Notes: generated by a model not told the origin, from the sequence alone. A DNA stretch of 64,000 nt from an uncultured delta proteobacterium (GCA_963754925.1 CAVWHX010000003.1:384001-448000), one strand, 5' to 3'; numbered from the stretch's first letter, positions 50,830 to 61,587 are shown. Numbers and translations are program-made.

Positions 50830-51498
50830 TCAAGTGACCCCAAAATATCCGTAGCGCAGAACCTGGGCCAGGATGTTGCACAGCGCATGGAAAGCAACCG
50901 CGCCAGCCACAGTTCCGGTCCGAGCGCGGAGCCATCCGAACACCAAACCCGGGAAAAAAGTTCCCAGCCGATCGAGGCGCGGTTCAACCAAATGGCCGAC
51001 GGCAAAGAGGGCGGCTACGACCACGACCGACCAGCCGACCTCGACTCCCAGAATACGCACCCGCCTTCGAAAGACCGCATCCAAACGGGTTTGTAGGTAC
51101 CCGCGATAAAAAACTTCCTCAGGCAGCGCCACTAATAAAATAGAACCAATCACCTCCTTCCAAAACGTTGCCGGCAACCCAAAATGGAATTCGGGACGCC
51201 CAAACCAAAGTTTGTAGGCGAGTGCATACGGTGGGAAGGTAACCAGCGCCAGCATCGCTGCCCAGAGCAACCCATACCCGAGGCGTTTACCCGTAATCCC
51301 ATAATCAGCCGGATGATCTCCGTTTCGGTATAACCACTCAATGGGAAGAAATAAAAAAACGAGCCCGGCGATACCGCCGAGATTTTCTTTGATAAAGGGG
51401 ATGAAGGCGAAGATCTCAAAGACGAGTATCACGCCGATGGCGATTCCGTAGAGAACCAAACCTTCGATCAAAATGTTGCGCGGCTTTGTGCTGAGCAA
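50830..51498 (-). CDS. CPBP (Abi) intramembrane glutamic protease, myxosortase-like
   Basis: PEEVFYRG, FAVGH, TFFPGLVFGWLRARTG, HALCN. Confidence 0.85.
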   Translation of the reverse strand: MLSTKPRNILIEGLVLYGIAIGVILVFEIFAFIPFIKENLGGIAGLVFLFLPIEWLYRNGDHPADYGITGKRLGYGLLWAAMLALVTFPPYALAYKLWFGRPEFHFGLPATFWKEVIGSILLVALPEEVFYRGYLQTRLDAVFRRRVRILGVEVGWSVVVVAALFAVGHLVEPRLDRLGTFFPGLVFGWLRARTGTVAGAVAFHALCNILAQVLRYGYFGVT

Positions 51499-51522
51499 CG
51501 ATTACCCCGGGTCACGGGTAGG

Positions 51523-52041
51523 TTACGTAAGCCCCTTGGCGCGGCGGACTTCTTCCAGCGTTTTGCGGTACGCCACTTCCCAATCGCGCGTGCCTTCCTC
51601 TAAGTTCTTGAGCCGTTTGCGGACTTCCTCCTCGACTTCTTCGTCGAGTTTCAGGTATCCGCGGATCACGTCGGCGATCCGTTTACGCATCACGTGGTCC
51701 TCGGCAAAAACTTCGTCAATGTTCTTTGAGATCATCATGAACTCAAGCATCTGATTGATTACGAAATCCAACCCATCATCATCTACCGGCAGCTTTCGAT
51801 TGGCCGCGGCCAGGCGGCGCGCCTCACTGTAGCGGTTTGCGCTCCAGCCGCGCGAAACCAGCAGTTCGCGAGCAAATTCGTGGAGTTCCGACTCTCGTCG
51901 CTGGTATTCGGCCAGGATGGCTTCGAAATCCTGCTCCGCCGCCCGAATGGTTTCTTCTCCGACTTCAATGTCGCCATTATCGACGAGCGCCGTAACGATG
52001 TCCCGCGCAATATTGGGAACTATCTTTTTATGTAACCTCAC
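51523..52041 (-). CDS. DUF507 family protein
   Basis: GTG start after GGAGG; IDEVFAED; LDEEV..VRKRLKNL..GT..W. Confidence 0.75.
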   Translation of the reverse strand: MRLHKKIVPNIARDIVTALVDNGDIEVGEETIRAAEQDFEAILAEYQRRESELHEFARELLVSRGWSANRYSEARRLAAANRKLPVDDDGLDFVINQMLEFMMISKNIDEVFAEDHVMRKRIADVIRGYLKLDEEVEEEVRKRLKNLEEGTRDWEVAYRKTLEEVRRAKGLT

Positions 52042-52109
52042 GGGCACCTCCCTGGTACACCTGACAAGGGCATACCTATCAGGCCTTTCCGGTCTGGTCA
52101 AGAATGAAC

Positions 52110-54029
52110 CTATGAAAGGAGGCCAATAATTCGCTCGGCAACAGATCGCGAAACGCCCGGTACCGCCATAAGCTCGTCAGCGGTTGCGGTGCGCACCGCC
52201 CTGAGACTGCCAAAGTGCTTGAGCAAACGCTTCTTGAGCACCGGCCCCACTCCGGGCACCTCATCCAGGATACTCCGCAGTGCGCTCCGTTTTCGCAGGG
52301 TGCGATGGTAGCTGACGGCGAAGCGGTGCGCCTCGTCACGTACGCGGGAGAGCAGAAACAGCTCGTCGCTATTGGGGTTCAGCAGGATTGGATTTTTTCG
52401 CCTGGGCACATAGACCCGCTCCCGGGTGACCGTATGACGACCGGCGCCCGGCCCGCCCTTTGCGAGCGCCGCCACAGCCACGTCCGTAATTCCGAGGTCG
52501 GCAAGCAGCCGCTCAATCACCCGGAGCTGTCCCGGTCCACCATCAAGCAACAATAGATCCGGCCCGGTTTCGGTCCCGGCCACAACCGGCCGCAAGCGCC
52601 TGCTCACCACCTCACGCATCATATCCACGTCCGAATCCGGCGCCGCCTCGCGTATCTTGTAACGCCGGTAGCCTGCTGGATACGGCTCCCCGTCGAGCAG
52701 CACAACCAGCGAACCGACACTGAACGCGCCGCCATGGGTGGAGATATCGATGCACTCAATCCGCCGCGGGAGTATGCTCAGCCCGAGTCTAACCTGTAAG
52801 CGCTGGAGCCGTCCGGTCAAAACCGATGAGACGGCCACGCGCGCCCGGTAGGCCTCGGCTGCGTTGTCCTGGGCGAGCTTGACCAGCTCAGCGCCCCTGC
52901 CCCGCTGCGGAATATTCACGCGCACCTGCGTTCCGTGAAGCTCGGTAAGCCAGACCGTAAGCGATTCCAGATTCTCGCCTTCCTCGCCCGGGGTGCGTGC
53001 TTCCGGGGGAAGAAGGACCAACGGCGGCACGTCCGCGCCCGAGCTATAGTGTTGGGCGACAAACTGCCGAATGAGATCGTCCGACGGCGCCTGCGTATCG
53101 GCAAAGGGAAAGCGCACGGTTGACAACCAGCGGCCGCGTCTAATTTGTAAAAGCAGGAGCATGCCGCTCGCGCCCGCGCGCATCAGCGCCACGACATCGA
53201 GATCCTGCTCGGTGTAATCGATCATTTGCTGGCGCTCGAGCGTCACCCGCACCGCCCGCAGGCGATCGCGCAGGCGAGCGGCTTCTTCGTACCGCAGATC
53301 CGCGGCGGCGGCCTTCATATCGCGATCGAGCGCCTCGACCAGTTCATCAAGCCGCCCCCGCAAAAACTTAACGGTCTGGGATACCCGTTGGGCGTAGACC
53401 TCGACGGGCACCGGCAACGAACAGGGGCCGAGACAATGACCGATCTGGTACTGCAGGCATGGCCTCGTGCGGCTCGCAAATACCCGATCGCTGCAAACGC
53501 GCAACTGGAAATACCGTTGAATGAAACGAAAGGTTTCGCGCGCGGCCGCAGCCGATGTGTACGGCCCAAACCAGGATCCCTCATCGTCCGTTTTCCGCGC
53601 ATTCCCGCCGTCGCTCTGAACAGATGGCGAGCCCGCTGGCCGCCGCCGATCAAAAAACAATCGGGGAAACCGGTGTGGAAATCCCAATCGAATGCATAAG
53701 AAGTTTTTTGCGTCTCGCAAATCGATGTTGTAGCGGGGCTGATGTGTCATGATCAGCTCGCGCTCGAGAATCAGGGCTTCCTTCTCGGATGGGGTCAGCA
53801 ACACCTCAATTTCGCCGAGGATAGAATCGAGCCAGGAGACAAAGGGCCTGTTGTCGCCCGAGGCGTGGAAATACGAGCGCACCCGCGCCCGGAGGTTCTT
53901 GGCCTTGCCGATGTAAATAATCCGCCCGGCCAGATCCTTCATCAAATACACGCCGGGCTTCTGGGGCAGGTTGTCAACCAGAGCCTCGCGGCGCTCACCG
54001 AGTAATGGTTGGTGCTCCAGAATCGCCAA
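52110..54029 (-). CDS. uvrC: Excinuclease ABC subunit C
   Basis: PGVYLMKD..YIGKAKNLR, RIECIDIS, DGG.GQ, RDEAHRFA, HhH tail. Confidence 0.95.
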   Translation of the reverse strand: MAILEHQPLLGERREALVDNLPQKPGVYLMKDLAGRIIYIGKAKNLRARVRSYFHASGDNRPFVSWLDSILGEIEVLLTPSEKEALILERELIMTHQPRYNIDLRDAKNFLCIRLGFPHRFPRLFFDRRRPAGSPSVQSDGGNARKTDDEGSWFGPYTSAAAARETFRFIQRYFQLRVCSDRVFASRTRPCLQYQIGHCLGPCSLPVPVEVYAQRVSQTVKFLRGRLDELVEALDRDMKAAAADLRYEEAARLRDRLRAVRVTLERQQMIDYTEQDLDVVALMRAGASGMLLLLQIRRGRWLSTVRFPFADTQAPSDDLIRQFVAQHYSSGADVPPLVLLPPEARTPGEEGENLESLTVWLTELHGTQVRVNIPQRGRGAELVKLAQDNAAEAYRARVAVSSVLTGRLQRLQVRLGLSILPRRIECIDISTHGGAFSVGSLVVLLDGEPYPAGYRRYKIREAAPDSDVDMMREVVSRRLRPVVAGTETGPDLLLLDGGPGQLRVIERLLADLGITDVAVAALAKGGPGAGRHTVTRERVYVPRRKNPILLNPNSDELFLLSRVRDEAHRFAVSYHRTLRKRSALRSILDEVPGVGPVLKKRLLKHFGSLRAVRTATADELMAVPGVSRSVAERIIGLLS

Positions 54030-54036
54030 CTTCTAC

Positions 54037-54090
54037 TCCCCTTCGGGGATAAGAGCCTGTAACGCTCGCTCCGCTCGCTAACAGGCTCTA
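54037..54090 (-). repeat. Stop-codon-anchored double-hairpin repeat, copy C
   Basis: Minus strand TAGAGCCTGTTAGCGAGCGGAGCGAGCGTTACAGGCTCTTATCCCCgaaGGGGA. Confidence 0.85.
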
Positions 54091-56070
54091 ACCTACCCTT
54101 AACGACCACTGCTTAATCGCTCGCACTTGATCGCGAAGCTTCGCCGCGCGCTCAAATTCAAGCGCCTCGGCCGCAGCAAACATCTCGCGTTCGAGTAGGG
54201 CAACCTGATCGAGGAGCTCGCGCTCGCCGCGCAGCGGCGTCGTTGACGCCGGTGATGGCGGGGAGAGTTTTTCCTCGAAGTCGCGCACCTGACTCACCGC
54301 CTTCTTGATCGAGCGTGGGGTTATGCCGTGTTGGCGGTTGTTTTCTTCCTGGATCGCGCGGCGGCGCTGTGTCTCTTCCACGGCCCGGCGAATCGATTCG
54401 GTCCGGTTGTCGGCGTAGAGAATCACCCGGCCCAACAGATTGCGCGCCGCCCGGCCCATGGTTTGTATGAGCGACGTCTCCGATCGCAAAAAACCTTCGC
54501 GATCGGCGTCCAGAACCGCCACCAGCGCCACCTCGGGCATGTCCAATCCCTCGCGCAGCAGATTGATCCCAACCAGCACATCGAAGACTCCTAACCGCAG
54601 TTGCTTGATGATCTCGAATCGTTCCAGCGTCTTGATATCCGAGTGCAGGTAGCGCACCTTCACGCCCTGTTCGGCCAAGAACTCGGTCAAATCCTCCGCC
54701 AGGCGCTTAGTCAGCGTCGTCACCAGCACCCGCTGGTTCGCAGCGACACACGTGCGAATTTCGGCCAGGAGGTCGTCCACCTGGCCGCTGGCCGGACGCA
54801 AATCGACCTGGGGGTCGAGTAGGCCCGTCGGCCGGATAATCTGCTCAACCACGACTCCCTCGGCCAAGGCGATCTCCAATGCCGCCGGGGTAGCCGAGAT
54901 GTAGATTCGCTGACCGGCGCGCGCGTCGAACTCCTCGTAGGTAAGCGGTCGATTATCGAGCGCCGAGGGGAGACGGAAGCCAAATTCAACCAGGGTCTCC
55001 TTGCGCGAACGATCGCCTCGAAACATGCCTTTTATCTGCGGCAGGGTCTGGTGGCTTTCGTCGATCACCACCACCGTGTCATGGGGGAGATAATCGATCA
55101 GGGTCGGCGGCGGCTCACCCGGCTTGCGGCCGGAAAGATGGCGGCTGTAGTTCTCTATCCCGGCGCAGTAACCCATCTCTTCGATCATTTCGAGATCGTA
55201 CAACGTTCGTTGCTCGAGACGCTGCGCCTCAACGAGGCGGTTTTGGGCGCGGAACGCATTCAGCCGTTCGTTGAGCTCGATGCGGATGTCTTCGTTCGCC
55301 TGCCGCAATCGTTCGGGCCCGGTGACGTAATGGCTGCCGGGATAGATATCAATGTGTTCGAGCTCCGAAAGCCGCTTGCCCCGCAACGCGTCGATCCAGG
55401 TTATTTCCTCGACGGTATCTCCCCAGAATGAAATCCGCACCGCGCGGTCGTCTTCGTACGCCGGAAAGATGTCCAGCGAATCGCCGCGCACCCGAAAGGT
55501 GCCGCGCCCAAAATCGACGTCGTTGCGCGCATAATGAATGTCCACCAAGCGCCGCAGCAAGGCGTCCCGTCCGATGCTTTGGCCGCGTTGGATCGGCACC
55601 CGCATTTCGGCGTATGACTCGGCTGGCCCCAGGCCGAAGATGCAGGAAACCGAGGCGACGATGATCACATCGCGCCGGGTGAGTAAGGCGTGCGTCGCGA
55701 CGTGCCGCATGCGGTCTATTTCGTCGTTAATGCTGGCGTCCTTCTCGATATACGTGTCGCTCTGCGGAATGTAGGCCTCGGGCTGGTAGTAGTCGTAGTA
55801 CGAAACGAAAAAGGCCACGGCGTTTTCCGGAAAGAAAGCCTTGAACTCGGCATACAGTTGGCCGGCCAACGTCTTGTTATGGGCGATCACCAACGCCGGG
55901 CGTTGGGTGCGAGCCAGAACGTTGGCGATCGTAAAGGTCTTGCCCGAACCGGTGACGCCCAGAAGGACTTGATGCTTTCGGCCGCGGTTAAGCTGCTCGA
56001 CGAGTTCGTCGATGGCGCGCGGCTGATCGCCCGCTGGCGAAAACTCACTATGAAGCTTAAAACCGCTCAT
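54088..56070 (-). CDS. uvrB: Excinuclease ABC subunit B
   Basis: [41 protein letters not shown] domain. Confidence 0.97.
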   Translation of the reverse strand: MSGFKLHSEFSPAGDQPRAIDELVEQLNRGRKHQVLLGVTGSGKTFTIANVLARTQRPALVIAHNKTLAGQLYAEFKAFFPENAVAFFVSYYDYYQPEAYIPQSDTYIEKDASINDEIDRMRHVATHALLTRRDVIIVASVSCIFGLGPAESYAEMRVPIQRGQSIGRDALLRRLVDIHYARNDVDFGRGTFRVRGDSLDIFPAYEDDRAVRISFWGDTVEEITWIDALRGKRLSELEHIDIYPGSHYVTGPERLRQANEDIRIELNERLNAFRAQNRLVEAQRLEQRTLYDLEMIEEMGYCAGIENYSRHLSGRKPGEPPPTLIDYLPHDTVVVIDESHQTLPQIKGMFRGDRSRKETLVEFGFRLPSALDNRPLTYEEFDARAGQRIYISATPAALEIALAEGVVVEQIIRPTGLLDPQVDLRPASGQVDDLLAEIRTCVAANQRVLVTTLTKRLAEDLTEFLAEQGVKVRYLHSDIKTLERFEIIKQLRLGVFDVLVGINLLREGLDMPEVALVAVLDADREGFLRSETSLIQTMGRAARNLLGRVILYADNRTESIRRAVEETQRRRAIQEENNRQHGITPRSIKKAVSQVRDFEEKLSPPSPASTTPLRGERELLDQVALLEREMFAAAEALEFERAAKLRDQVRAIKQWSLRVG

Positions 56071-56102
56071 ACTTACGCTCTTAAGAAGATTGGGTACAGA
56101 GG

Positions 56103-57677
56103 TTAGCTACGCACCTTCCAGGTAGTTCCGGCTGGACCGTCCATCAGCTCGACGCCCCGATTGTTCAGCTCTTCACGTATGGCGTCCGATCGCTTGAAGT
56201 TTTTAGCCTTACGAGCGGCGTTTCGCTCGGCAATCAGGCGCTCGATATCGGTTGCATCGACTTGGCGCGCGCCCAGAGCGCGTTGCTGGAGGCCCGCCAA
56301 GGCGGCTTCGGGGCTACGCTCGGTTATGCCGAGCACCGAGGTCATGGCGCCGATCGCCTCCTGGAGGGCGTGCGCGGTCGAGGTTATCAGTGCCTCGGAA
56401 TGACCGCTCCGGTTGTCGAGAACCTCGTTGGCGAACCGCATCGCATCGGATAGCACCGCCAGGGCGGCGGCGGCATTGAAATCGTCGTCCATCGCCTGTT
56501 CGAATTGCGGCAGAAAGGCCTGCACCTGTTCAGCGGCAACCAGGACGCCGGCACCCGTGCGTCCTTGGGAAAGGCAGGTTTCGAGGCGCTGTCGAGTGGT
56601 GTACATATACTCGATCCGGCGTTGAGCCTCTTCGAGCGCCGGGAACTGTACCACCGATCTCATCTGATCATCGGAAAGGGCCTTACCACAGGCGGTACAC
56701 GTGCGATTCTCGATCTGCGAGGGAGTCAAAGTCGTTCGGCACGCGGGACACACATACTTGACATCAAAGTTAACCGGACTACGGTAGTGAGTGGTCAGTA
56801 AAAACAGCCGTAACGCTTCAGGATCATATGTTTTGAGAATCTCGCGTATGGTAAAAAAATTGCCCAGCGATTTCGACATTTTTTCCTTGTCAATGTTGAC
56901 AAAACCATTGTGGAAAAAGTAGCGACAGAACGGTTTGCCGGTCGCTGCTTCGCTTTGAGCGATTTCGTTTTCATGATGCGGGAACACCAAGTCCTTTCCC
57001 CCGCCATGAATATCGAACGTCTCGCCCAAGTATTTGGAGCTCATAGTCGAACACTCGATGTGCCATCCCGGCCTGCCCGGACCCCATGGACTATCCCAGG
57101 ACGGCTCGCCGGGTTTGGATGATTTCCAAAGGGCAAAGTCGAGCGGATTGCGCTTGCGGTCATCAACCTCCACCCGCGCCCCGGCCTTGAGATCGTCAAG
57201 ATTGCGCCCCGACAGCCGGCCATAGCGCGGAAAGGAGTCGACGCCGAAATAGACATCGCCATCAACCTGATAGGCATGTCCGCGAACCAGCAACTGCTCC
57301 ACGGTGCGAATAATATCGGGGATATGCTGAGTCACGCGCGGTTCGATCTGCGGGCGCTGTATTCCCAACGCATCCATATCGGTGTAAAACTCGCGGATAT
57401 AGCGCTCGGCCAGAGCGTCGCATGAATCGCCGAGCTCAGAGGCGCGTTTAATAATCTTGTCATCGACGTCGGTAAAATTGCGCACATACACCACGTGGAA
57501 GCCACGGTAGGTCAGGTAGCGCACCAAAACATCGGCGGTAATATAGGCCCGAGCATGACCGATATGGCACCTATCATAAACCGTGACGCCACAAACGTAC
57601 ATCCCAACCTTGCCGGGAACCAACGGAACAAAGTCTTCTTTGCGGTTCGACAAGCTGTTGAAGATCTTGATAGTCAT
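56103..57677 (-). CDS. cysS: Cysteine-tRNA ligase with an inserted zinc-ribbon-like segment
   Basis: [34 protein letters not shown]. Confidence 0.96.
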   Translation of the reverse strand: MTIKIFNSLSNRKEDFVPLVPGKVGMYVCGVTVYDRCHIGHARAYITADVLVRYLTYRGFHVVYVRNFTDVDDKIIKRASELGDSCDALAERYIREFYTDMDALGIQRPQIEPRVTQHIPDIIRTVEQLLVRGHAYQVDGDVYFGVDSFPRYGRLSGRNLDDLKAGARVEVDDRKRNPLDFALWKSSKPGEPSWDSPWGPGRPGWHIECSTMSSKYLGETFDIHGGGKDLVFPHHENEIAQSEAATGKPFCRYFFHNGFVNIDKEKMSKSLGNFFTIREILKTYDPEALRLFLLTTHYRSPVNFDVKYVCPACRTTLTPSQIENRTCTACGKALSDDQMRSVVQFPALEEAQRRIEYMYTTRQRLETCLSQGRTGAGVLVAAEQVQAFLPQFEQAMDDDFNAAAALAVLSDAMRFANEVLDNRSGHSEALITSTAHALQEAIGAMTSVLGITERSPEAALAGLQQRALGARQVDATDIERLIAERNAARKAKNFKRSDAIREELNNRGVELMDGPAGTTWKVRS

Positions 57678-58258
57678 TATTCCTCTCCCGTATTCGGCCC
57701 AGGAACGTTATGCCGGAAACTTCGGCCGCGCCACAACATTCGCAGATTGATCAGGGCCATTACCAACATTACAGCACAGGCGGCTACGTACCACCACGCC
57801 TGCCGAGGTCGCTCACCGGCTTGCAGCAGATACAGCGACCCGCTCGTGGGTGCGGCGGGAAAATGGCCGCGGTAATAGGCGACCACCGCATCGTACCGCG
57901 CAGTTTTGGACAGATCCAACAAATGACCCTCAAAGGAAGAATCGACGGCGCCGTCGCAACCTTCACCTCCCCTGGCCGGCGACTGAATCAGGATGCGCGC
58001 GCCCATTTCAGAGCCAAGCAAGTACAAAAAGCGCATCGAAGTCGAAAAAACCTCTGCGCGCACGCACAAATCGCGGGCAATGCCTGAAATACGGTAGTAA
58101 CCGTTGTGGGTGAGATCTCGCGGCGTCAGATCTTCGGCTTGGCCTAAATCTTCCGGTTGGTCGGACTGAAAAAAGTAGGTTAATTCATCGCGCAACAATC
58201 CGATGAGCACAACCATGAGCAGGAAAAAAACGCCGGCGAGATACTTTTTGTACCTCAT
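57677..58258 (-). CDS. Hypothetical membrane protein
   Basis: N- and C-terminal TMs; overlaps both cysS and ispDF (coupled). Confidence 0.7.
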   Translation of the reverse strand: MRYKKYLAGVFFLLMVVLIGLLRDELTYFFQSDQPEDLGQAEDLTPRDLTHNGYYRISGIARDLCVRAEVFSTSMRFLYLLGSEMGARILIQSPARGGEGCDGAVDSSFEGHLLDLSKTARYDAVVAYYRGHFPAAPTSGSLYLLQAGERPRQAWWYVAACAVMLVMALINLRMLWRGRSFRHNVPGPNTGEE

Positions 58259-59451
58259 GGGCGGCTCTTTCCGTCGGCAGGAGCTGGAACGGGGACCACG
58301 ACCGCCAGCGCGTAGGCGGCGATGCCCTGTTGACTGCCCGTGAACCCGAGCCCCTCTTCGGTGGTGGCCTTAAGACCTATCGCTTCGGTCGACACCATCA
58401 GGACCGGCGCAATAGCCCGCGCCATGGCCGGCAGGTATTCGGCCAGACGCGGCTTTTCTGCAACCACGGTGAGATCGGCCGACGCGACGCGGTAACCATG
58501 CGCGCCGACGTACGCGATCACATCGGCAAGCAACGTCAGGCTCGAGATCCCGAGATACCGCGGATCGGTGTCCGGAAAGCGCTGACCGATGTCCCCTAAG
58601 GCCGCGGCTCCGAGTATCGCGTCGCAGAGAGCGTGGAGGGCCACGTCCGCGTCCGAATGCCCGAGCAGGCCCAACTCGAACGGTATCGCAACGCCGCCCA
58701 GCATCAACGCCCGCCCCGGCGCGAGCCGGTGAACATCGTACCCAAAACCGACGCGGGGAAGGCAGAAGCCAAGTCGCGTGAGATCGGTAGGCCAGGTCAC
58801 TTTAATGTTTTGGTGCTCGCCCACGACGGTAACGACCTCCTGGCCGGAAGCTTCGACCAGCGCCGCGTCGTCAGAAAAATGTCCGTTCCCGTGTTTCGCG
58901 CGCCAGAGATAGGCGCGCTCGAGAACGTCACGACGAAAACCTTGCGGCGTCTGCGCCAACCGGAGCTGCTCGCGCGGCAGCGTTCTGAGAACCTGATTGC
59001 GTGCGTTAACCTGCTTGATGGTTTCATTCGCCGGCAGCACCGGAACGCAAGCCCCCTCGCGCCAGGCCGCTTTAGCCACTCTCTCGATGAGTTCGGCCGT
59101 TAGGCACGGTCGTACGCCGTCGTGAACGAGAATCAGTTGGCAGTCGGACGGCACCGCTGCCAACCCAGCCGCCACGGAGTCTGTGCGTTCCTGCCCGCCT
59201 TCCACGAGCCGTATATCGGCGGCCGAGCGCAGATCGGGTGTGAGCCACGGTTGCTCCACGTAACCGGCCGGCACAACCACGACGATCCCCCGTACCCCGG
59301 GCCATACCAGCAGGGCTTTGAGCGTGCGGACTACGAGCGCGCTTCCATCAACGTCAACAAATTGTTTGGGCGCCGCCGCGGCAAAACGCATACCCGCGCC
59401 GCCTGCCGCCACAATCACCCAACACTCTGGCACCGTCTGTGCCGCATCCAT
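58255..59451 (-). CDS. ispDF: Bifunctional IspD/IspF
   Basis: AAGG.G.RF..KQF, HDGVRP, QTPQ, NIKVT; GYDVH, HSDADV, KATTEE. Confidence 0.94.
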   Translation of the reverse strand: MDAAQTVPECWVIVAAGGAGMRFAAAAPKQFVDVDGSALVVRTLKALLVWPGVRGIVVVVPAGYVEQPWLTPDLRSAADIRLVEGGQERTDSVAAGLAAVPSDCQLILVHDGVRPCLTAELIERVAKAAWREGACVPVLPANETIKQVNARNQVLRTLPREQLRLAQTPQGFRRDVLERAYLWRAKHGNGHFSDDAALVEASGQEVVTVVGEHQNIKVTWPTDLTRLGFCLPRVGFGYDVHRLAPGRALMLGGVAIPFELGLLGHSDADVALHALCDAILGAAALGDIGQRFPDTDPRYLGISSLTLLADVIAYVGAHGYRVASADLTVVAEKPRLAEYLPAMARAIAPVLMVSTEAIGLKATTEEGLGFTGSQQGIAAYALAVVVPVPAPADGKSRP

Positions 59452-59534
59452 ACAACGTTCTCCGGTTACCTAGTTCAAATCTTGCGAGACAGCATAGCAG
59501 ATCGCAACGCGCCCAACAACTCACGTGACATTGA

Positions 59535-59694
59535 GGTAGTGCCTCAGTTTGCCAGAGGCTTACGGGTGTTCGGCAGGCGACCGTCTACACCCAGGTCCCA
59601 TTTACGCTTTGAATGGTGAACTCTTAAGCGGTTAATATGTTTCGGTCGCGTGTCGTTCGACGAATACCCGTAAGCCTCAAACTGAGACTCTACC
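59535..59694. mobile_element. 160-bp MITE with terminal inverted repeats and 8-bp target duplication
   Basis: TIRs GGTAGTGCCTCAGTTTG / CAAACTGAGACTCTACC; GACATTGA on both flanks (59527-59534, 59695-59702). Confidence 0.9.
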
Positions 59695-59857
59695 GACATT
59701 GACATTAACAGGTTGAATAAAAGGCGAATCGATATCAAAGGGTCATTGAACAAGGACGTCTGAAAGGATAGTGACGCAAACGGCAGACTTGGTTTCTTCC
59801 GTCAATCTACTCGTGAAATAGACCCATCTCAACGGTACATCCCTTGGCCATAACCTG

Positions 59858-59968
59858 TCATAACATACTGGATTTCTTGAGTAATTTTTCTTTTTTCTTT
59901 TGCTTCTTCTCTTTGATGGTAAGTTTTTTCTTGTTGGTTTTCTCCGGCTTTTCCTGTCCTTTAGCCAT
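59858..59968 (-). CDS. 36-aa lysine-rich small protein
   Basis: GGAGGT RBS; MAKGQEKPEKTNKKKLTIKEKKQKKKEKLLKKSSML*; below the ORF-track cutoff. Confidence 0.65.
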   Translation of the reverse strand: MAKGQEKPEKTNKKKLTIKEKKQKKKEKLLKKSSML

Positions 59969-60126
59969 GACTAACACCTCCCTCGCATGGTCATTAATAT
60001 CAAGCGCTCAAGCTATCGCAAGCTTCGCGCCGGGTTATCCATCGCCGAAGTATCTCATAATCTTACGGCGTGGGCAACTTTCACCGCCTCAAACAGCGTA
60101 CCCACTGTCGACCGAAAAAATAACGT

Positions 60127-60867
60127 TCAGGTAAAGACTGCCTGGCTCGAGTAGTCCTGGTAAACCGACTGACACGGCGGACCCTCGGCATGGAGAAAGC
60201 GGTTGGCACCATCAGCAAAAAGCCATAACAAGGTTGAAGAACGGGTTCCATACAATTGGCCGGGTACGTGAACACAAGTGCCACTAAAGGGGTCGACATG
60301 ATGTTGAGCGAGCATTTCGTGTAATACCGCCTCGTCTGGAGCTTTTTCGCGGGGCAAGAGCGACATCTTTGTCTTGAGGTTCTCCTCCCTTTCAGTTGCC
60401 GTAGAAACTAAACTCCGCTCGGTGACCACATGGATTCCTGGGGATAGTTCCGAAGTATGCAAATTTTTACCATCGCTCCAAAGTAAAAATGCTTTTCCCC
60501 TATCGGCCATAACCAAATGGAATCGATTGTAGCCATCGGGATTAGTTCTCTTCATAAGATCAAAGGCTTCAACGGCCGAGTGACAGGACAGCGCTTGGAG
60601 AACGAGCTCGCCCCGGGAATGTCGATCCGGGTCAGGTGGTTTTCCGTAGCGGTTGGTGATCCCAACAAAAACTCCAAAAGCGTTTAACCCTAACCACGTG
60701 CCGTGGGCCTTCAGATCCATTGGAGCCAAAATAGGTATTCGGTTCGCCGTATCCAGTACCCTCACTGCCGGAGGCGCCGAGGGTCGATTAAGCCACTCAT
60801 CACGGTTGCCCGCTATCAGAAGCGGCGTATCCTTAAAGTAGTTGGTCGCTACAATAATAGTGCACAT
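60127..60867 (-). CDS. NRDE (TANGO2-like) family protein
   Basis: MCT N-terminus, NRDE, GTWLG.N, SRG.LV, YGTRSST. Confidence 0.9.
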   Translation of the reverse strand: MCTIIVATNYFKDTPLLIAGNRDEWLNRPSAPPAVRVLDTANRIPILAPMDLKAHGTWLGLNAFGVFVGITNRYGKPPDPDRHSRGELVLQALSCHSAVEAFDLMKRTNPDGYNRFHLVMADRGKAFLLWSDGKNLHTSELSPGIHVVTERSLVSTATEREENLKTKMSLLPREKAPDEAVLHEMLAQHHVDPFSGTCVHVPGQLYGTRSSTLLWLFADGANRFLHAEGPPCQSVYQDYSSQAVFT

Positions 60868-60969
60868 TGTCCAAACTCCACTCAATGGCATAGTAACCGA
60901 TCTTGTTGATATTGAAAAGGTCCTAGGGTACAAACTGGATAACGAGCCAACCGATTATGTGATTCCATT

Positions 60970-61587
60970 ATGAAGAGGCGTAATTCAAAAAACTCTAAAA
61001 CAGCGTCGCGTCGCAAGGAGATAATCCAGGCGGCATTGGCGTGCTTTACCGAACGGAGCTTTTCGGAGACAAGTCTTGCGGACATCCGCCGCAAATCCAA
61101 GGCAAGCACCGGCAGTATTTATCATCATTTCAAGAGCAAAGAACAGTTGGCGGCCCTGGTATATTTGGAAGGTATTCACGACTACCAGACCGGGTTCCTT
61201 GCCACCCTGGAAAAACAGCAACGCGCACGCAGCGGCATAGTCGCCGTGATTGAGTATCACCTGCGGTGGGTTGAGGGGCACCCCGACTGGGCGCGCTTCT
61301 TGTTTCAAAAGCGTCGCGCCGAATTTATGGACACCTCCAAAGATGACTTTGACCGGCTTAACAAAGAATTCATGAGCCGCACTGCAGTATGGTTTCGACA
61401 CCATATCAAAGCAGGCTCTCTACGACCCTTGGCGCCGGATATCTTCATTTCAATCCTGCTTGGGCCTTGTCAAGAGTTCTCCCGGCAGTATCTATCGGGT
61501 TACGCCCGTTCGGCTCTCGACCAGGCCATTGACGAACTGGCCCGGGCTGCCTGGCGGACATTGGGAATGCGTCACTACCTGCGTTAA
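60970..61587 (+). CDS. TetR family transcriptional regulator
   Basis: IIQAAL..F..TSLADI..GSIYHHFKSKEQL. Confidence 0.9.
   Translation: MKRRNSKNSKTASRRKEIIQAALACFTERSFSETSLADIRRKSKASTGSIYHHFKSKEQLAALVYLEGIHDYQTGFLATLEKQQRARSGIVAVIEYHLRWVEGHPDWARFLFQKRRAEFMDTSKDDFDRLNKEFMSRTAVWFRHHIKAGSLRPLAPDIFISILLGPCQEFSRQYLSGYARSALDQAIDELARAAWRTLGMRHYLR

Noticed and set aside
59535..59694. 6S RNA (long hairpin of similar size)
   Set aside because: The exact 8-bp flanking duplication and a second copy of the end at 45055 indicate a MITE; the usual zapA/rny context is absent.
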